Translations under genes and position numbers: made by a program | DNA from: Flavobacteriaceae bacterium | GTDB taxonomy: Bacteria > Bacteroidota > Bacteroidia > Flavobacteriales > Flavobacteriaceae | Assembly: GCA_038119895.1 (NCBI GenBank) | Contig: JAYOKR010000001.1 | Location: 72,853-136,852 of the forward strand | DNA: 64,000 nt | Direction: 5' to 3' | The notes under the pieces: model-generated | Database searches by the model: none | What the model saw: only the letters and a program-made list of their open reading frames with translations | Told to the model about the DNA's origin: nothing | In this document: in pieces, positions 59,984-64,000 of the stretch | Position numbering within the stretch: position 1 is the first letter of the stretch | Layout of the letters: every line of letters begins with the position of its first letter

Positions 59984-60375
59984 TAGTTTAATATTTCGGG
60001 ATGTGTTAGTTTAATGGTGGGGATATAGGCTTTACATTGAGTAGATGTGTTAAGACAAATAATTTTAAAATATCCTATCACAGATGACAGCCTAGTAATT
60101 GTTGAAAAATCTGTTTTCAATATGATTTTTTTTCCAGGCTTTATTATTGGTTTATTTTTTAGAAGTTTATTTAAATATTTCACACCGTACAAGTTAAAAA
60201 TCTTCTTGTGTCGTGATAGAACTTGAATAGTGTTTTTGCCTTGATTATAAATAGTAATGATATTTCGAAATCTATATTTTTTCTTTTTTCCAAAAAAATA
60301 ATAATTCATGTAAAATGTATCTACAGAAATTCTGATTCCTTTTAAATTTTCAACTCGAGTATTCTTTTTAATCAT
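59983..60375 (-). CDS. apaG: ApaG-like (DUF525) protein, divergent
   Basis: Hand alignment to E. coli ApaG: YRFRNIITIYNQGKNTIQVLSRH against YVFAYTVTIRNLG..VQLLGRY. KPIIKPGKK against QPLIAPGEE. The GVVG motif is not conserved. Confidence 0.5.
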   Translation of the reverse strand: MIKKNTRVENLKGIRISVDTFYMNYYFFGKKKKYRFRNIITIYNQGKNTIQVLSRHKKIFNLYGVKYLNKLLKNKPIIKPGKKIILKTDFSTITRLSSVIGYFKIICLNTSTQCKAYIPTIKLTHPEILN

Positions 60376-60381
60376 ACGACA

Positions 60382-61578
60382 CTAATTTACAATTTTTGAT
60401 GAATTTTTTGATGCTAAAGAAATAATTTTGAAGTATCCATTAGATCTGTCTTTTTCATACAAAATTGCGGTATAATTATTATCAGTTTGCCAAAAATTTT
60501 TAACATCATTTTTGGAATCATTTAATACGTATTTATAGTTATAAAATCCCTGTTTTAGTAATATTTTTTTTTCTAAGTATTTACCTCCAAAATCTAGTTT
60601 ATAACTTTCACTTATTATATGTCTATTGAAATCACCGACAATAAAAACATCGTTTTTTAGTGGATTGAAATTTAAATTTTCTAAGCTAAGTTTGAAATGC
60701 ACCAATGAATACTCTGATTCATTCCTTGGATTATTGGTAGTGCTAAATGTTTTAAAGCTTCCATTTAAATCGCTTTCAAGTGAATATTTATTTACCAAAA
60801 TATCAGGATACAAAATAGTTTCATAACTTTCATTAATCCTTACTTCCATTATTTCAGAACTTGAATCTAAAACCTTAGAATTGTCAAAATTTAGATATTC
60901 TGATCCTGCATTGAAAATCAAATTATCATAAATAAAATTACCTGCTAGAGAGTAGTCAGGTTCATATAGAATGAATGGATTATTTAAATTGTTATTTTTA
61001 TAAATTACCATTACATAATCAAATTGGTTTGAATTAATTTGACAGCTATTGCATGGCATGGTAACTTTTAGTTGATGGGAACTTTCTGAATAATTAATAT
61101 TATCAGTTCTAGTTATTTCAATAACTCCAGTTGAATTTTTTTCTTTAATTATAAGTTTCTCCTCAAATATTAGATTGCCATTTTCATCATTGACAATAAT
61201 TTTATAATTACCACTTTCTTTAATTTTAAAATCATTATTTGATAAATTAACTTGATAGTTGATATAGTCTTGAATTGTATTATATGAGTTCTTGTAATTT
61301 TTTATTCTAACATCGTCATAGCCGGTTAAAAATTCATTTTTTCTAATTACTGATTTGTTCCATTTGTAATCATTGTGTTCAATTTCTAAATAGAAATCTT
61401 GAGCAGTACTATATAAATTGTCAAATGACAATATAATATCATCATTTATGTCGTAAATAATTTTTCCTTTTCCTGATTTTAAGTCAAATAGTTCAATACT
61501 TTTAATGTGTCTTTGCTGACAATAAATTAAATTACCGAAGTAAAAAAAAATAGTTAATATTTTAAAAAAATAATTCAC
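60382..61578 (-). CDS. Secreted DUF5103-like protein (possibly type IX secretion 'plug' family)
   Basis: Signal-like N-terminus and a GTG start. IKSIELF...ILSFDNL..DFYLEIEHNDYKWNKS pattern is recalled from DUF5103 proteins. Not verified by search. Confidence 0.4.
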   Translation of the reverse strand: MNYFFKILTIFFYFGNLIYCQQRHIKSIELFDLKSGKGKIIYDINDDIILSFDNLYSTAQDFYLEIEHNDYKWNKSVIRKNEFLTGYDDVRIKNYKNSYNTIQDYINYQVNLSNNDFKIKESGNYKIIVNDENGNLIFEEKLIIKEKNSTGVIEITRTDNINYSESSHQLKVTMPCNSCQINSNQFDYVMVIYKNNNLNNPFILYEPDYSLAGNFIYDNLIFNAGSEYLNFDNSKVLDSSSEIMEVRINESYETILYPDILVNKYSLESDLNGSFKTFSTTNNPRNESEYSLVHFKLSLENLNFNPLKNDVFIVGDFNRHIISESYKLDFGGKYLEKKILLKQGFYNYKYVLNDSKNDVKNFWQTDNNYTAILYEKDRSNGYFKIISLASKNSSKIVN

Positions 61579-61643
61579 GAAAAATTGTTGAAAAATCTAG
61601 TTAATATTAGCAAAAAATATTTCACTAAAAAACTTTTAATTAA

Positions 61644-61651
61644 TACATTTG
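61644..61651 (+). promoter_or_regulatory. Candidate -7 box TACATTTG for the nqr operon
   Basis: Exact TAnnTTTG match 18 nt upstream of the ATG at 61670. It overlaps the ORF-track TTG start at 61649, which argues for 61670 as the true start. Confidence 0.5.
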
Positions 61652-61669
61652 CGCCGAACAAAAAGATTT

Positions 61670-63025
61670 ATGTCTAAAGGAATAAGGATAACAAAAGGAT
61701 TATCCATAAAAATCAAAGGTTCTGCAAAAAATCAAATAGAAAATTTACCTCTAACCAGTACTTATGCTTTTAACTTAAGTGATTTTCATCTTCATGTTCC
61801 AAAACTAATTTTAAGAGAAGGTGATAGTGTAAAAAGAGGAACCCCAATTTTTCATTCAAAGTCTAATGAAAAATTAAAATTTGTCTCACCAGTTTCAGGA
61901 AATGTAAAAGAAATACTTAGAGGAGAGAGAAGAAAAATTCACAACATAATTATTGAATCCGATGGTAAAGATGATTTTGTTAAACATAGGCCTCCAGTAT
62001 TGAACAATTCTTCAGTTCAAGAATTAATTGATTTTTTATTAGAGGCGGGAGTATGGCCTCTAATTAATCAAAGACCATTTGATATAATTGCAGATCCAAC
62101 TAAGTCTCCAAAAGCAATTCACGTTTCATGTTTTGATTCCTCGCCACTATCTGTTGATTATGAATTTATGATGAATGATAGATTATCTGATATTAAAGCT
62201 GGTCTAGATTGTTTAAATAAAATTGTTAGCGGAGAGCTATATCTTGGACTAAAAAGTTGTCAAGAATTATTTCAAAAGGAATTTTCTAGTTACAAAACAA
62301 ACTTATTTGATGGTCCTCACCCTTCTGGAAATGTGGGAGTTCAAATCCATCATACCAATCCAATAAACTCTGGTGAAGTTGTTTGGACATTAAAATTAGA
62401 AGATATTGCAGTAATTGGACACTTAATCTCAACAGGTGAATATTTACCTAATAAAACAATTGCTGTGACTGGTCCACCAGTAAAAAATCCAAAATACTTT
62501 TATTTGAGATCTGGTGCAAACTTAGACTCAGTAATTAATAAATTAGAAATTGATAATAAAAATGATGTTAGGTTTATAAATGGAGATGTATTATCGGGTT
62601 ACAAAGTAGATAGTAAAGGATTTATAGGTCACTATAACAACAAATTATCTGTTTTAAAAGAAGGAAATCAATACAGGCTTTTTGGTTGGATTCCTTTTAT
62701 AAACAATGCAGTTCCAAGCATATACAAAACATCTTTTTCTTGGTTATCTAGTAACAAAGAAAGAGATTATGATACCAATTTGAATGGTGAAGAAAGAGCA
62801 TTTGTAGCTACTGGTGAAATGGAAAGTGTATTTCCTATGGACATATACCCAATGCAACTCATAAAAGAGTGTATGATTGGTGATATAGAAAAAATGGAAA
62901 AATTGGGAATTTATGAAGTTTCCCCTGAAGATTTTGGACTTATTGATTATTCATCTTCATCAAAAATTGAAGCTCAAACAATAATCAGACAGGGATTAGA
63001 CTACATTTATAAAGAAACACATTAA
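61670..63025 (+). CDS. nqrA: Na+-translocating NADH:quinone oxidoreductase subunit A
   Basis: MSKGIRITKGL.. start typical of NqrA, about 450 aa. It is followed 1 nt later by nqrB. Confidence 0.9.
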   Translation: MSKGIRITKGLSIKIKGSAKNQIENLPLTSTYAFNLSDFHLHVPKLILREGDSVKRGTPIFHSKSNEKLKFVSPVSGNVKEILRGERRKIHNIIIESDGKDDFVKHRPPVLNNSSVQELIDFLLEAGVWPLINQRPFDIIADPTKSPKAIHVSCFDSSPLSVDYEFMMNDRLSDIKAGLDCLNKIVSGELYLGLKSCQELFQKEFSSYKTNLFDGPHPSGNVGVQIHHTNPINSGEVVWTLKLEDIAVIGHLISTGEYLPNKTIAVTGPPVKNPKYFYLRSGANLDSVINKLEIDNKNDVRFINGDVLSGYKVDSKGFIGHYNNKLSVLKEGNQYRLFGWIPFINNAVPSIYKTSFSWLSSNKERDYDTNLNGEERAFVATGEMESVFPMDIYPMQLIKECMIGDIEKMEKLGIYEVSPEDFGLIDYSSSSKIEAQTIIRQGLDYIYKETH

Positions 63026-63026
63026 A

Positions 63027-64000
63027 ATGAAGATCAGAGAAATTTTAGATAATCTAAAAAAACCTTTTGAAAAAGGACAAAAACTTGAAAAATTTCATCC
63101 AGCATTTGATGCTTTTGAAACATTTTTGTTTGTTCCTAACCATACTTCAAAAACTGGAGCTCATATTAGGGATGCGATTGACTTGAAAAGAGTTATGATA
63201 ACTGTAATCATTGCTCTAATGCCCGCTTTGATTTATGGTATATATAACACTGGTTTTCAGTATTTATCTCAAACACCGGGCTCATTTACAACACTAGATG
63301 CAATAATTCACGGATCTATTAAAGTTATTCCCATGATTGCTGTTTCTTATATTGTTGGCTTGTCAATTGAATTTCTCTTTGCTATATGGAGAGGACATCA
63401 AGTTAATGAAGGATATCTTGTAACTGGGTTATTAATTCCAATGATTATGCCTGTAGATATTCCTCTTTGGATGGTGGGAGTTTCTGTTGCATTTGCAGTT
63501 GTAATTGGAAAAGAAGCATTTGGAGGAACTGGGATGAATATTTTAAATCCAGCTTTAACTGCTAGAGCTTTTGCTTTTTTTGCATATCCAACATATATGT
63601 CTGGTAATCAAGTTTGGGTTTCTGAAGCATCCAATGTAGATGGAGTTTCGGGTGAAACAATTTTGGGTATGCTAGCTGCTGGAAATTCAACTGAACAATT
63701 TGGAATAATGGAAATGTTTATTGGAAATATTCCTGGATCTATTGCTGAAACCTCAACACTAATGGTTTTAATTGGAGCTTTTATTTTGATTTATACTGGC
63801 GTTGGAAGTTGGAGAATTATGGTTGGAGGAGTTGTAGGTGCAGCATTTACAGGTATGCTATTTAATCTTTGGGGTGCAAATGCATTAATGAGCTTTGATT
63901 GGGCTCAACACTTAATAGTTGGTGGTTTTGCTTTTGGAATTGTATTTATGGCAACAGATCCTGTTTCTGCAGCTCAAACTCAAAAAGGTAAATGGATTTA
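63027..64000 (+). CDS. nqrB: Na+-translocating NADH:quinone oxidoreductase subunit B (3' end beyond the window)
   Basis: Not in the ORF track because there is no stop codon in the window. My translation is MKIREILDNLKKPFEKGQKLEKFHPAFDAFETFLFVPNHTSKTGAHIRDAIDLKRVMITV.., with ..DGVSGETILG.. (FMN-attachment region). Confidence 0.85.
   Translation, partial: MKIREILDNLKKPFEKGQKLEKFHPAFDAFETFLFVPNHTSKTGAHIRDAIDLKRVMITVIIALMPALIYGIYNTGFQYLSQTPGSFTTLDAIIHGSIKVIPMIAVSYIVGLSIEFLFAIWRGHQVNEGYLVTGLLIPMIMPVDIPLWMVGVSVAFAVVIGKEAFGGTGMNILNPALTARAFAFFAYPTYMSGNQVWVSEASNVDGVSGETILGMLAAGNSTEQFGIMEMFIGNIPGSIAETSTLMVLIGAFILIYTGVGSWRIMVGGVVGAAFTGMLFNLWGANALMSFDWAQHLIVGGFAFGIVFMATDPVSAAQTQKGKWI

Overview
This is an AT-rich, extremely compact chromosomal segment. 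By the ORF coordinates, only about 1 kb of the 64 kb is non-coding. It looks like a Flavobacteriia-type Bacteroidota genome: it has gldB/gldC, a TamL-type lipoprotein, a 287-aa sigma-A, an FtsZ ending ..SFLHDNVD, and TAnnTTTG -7 boxes.

The content is almost entirely core housekeeping:
- an aromatic amino-acid operon (pheA, aminotransferase, tyrA, DAHP synthase/chorismate mutase) that runs on through rsgA, dtd and mazG-like to aroA
- queA, rlmN, a polyprenyl synthase, dnaG, nadE, gldB-gldC, engB and a hydrolase
- a complete 13-gene dcw cluster (mraZ to ftsZ), a yqeY-like gene and tRNA-Arg(UCG)
- a four-gene operon of three signal-peptide hydrolases plus a MATE exporter, a DUF1080 lipoprotein and anmK
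- rpe, rpoD, pnp, rpsO, accD, fba, a tamL-like gene, a TrmH-family methylase and a small OMP
- trkA-trkH, an aspartate aminotransferase, rsmG, pruA, an apaG-like gene, a DUF5103-like gene and nqrA plus the start of nqrB

I saw no mobile elements, CRISPR, rRNA, defence or toxin-antitoxin genes, and I cannot point to a clearly novel multi-gene system.

The observations most worth a second look are:
1. A well-formed Phe/Tyr leader-peptide attenuator (mini-ORF, antiterminator and terminator) in front of pheA.
2. Loss of all four zinc ligands in the zinc-ribbon regions of both DnaG and AccD, while catalytic metal sites elsewhere in the window are intact.
3. Three phased MraZ boxes overlapping the dcw promoter.
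4. nadE and gldB start codons that overlap head-to-head in a CATG, with each gene's -7 box inside the other gene.
5. A hairpin filling the whole rpsO-pnp spacer.
6. The secreted peptidase/phosphoesterase/glycosidase-like plus MATE operon.

All functional calls come from motif recognition by eye. No database search was run.
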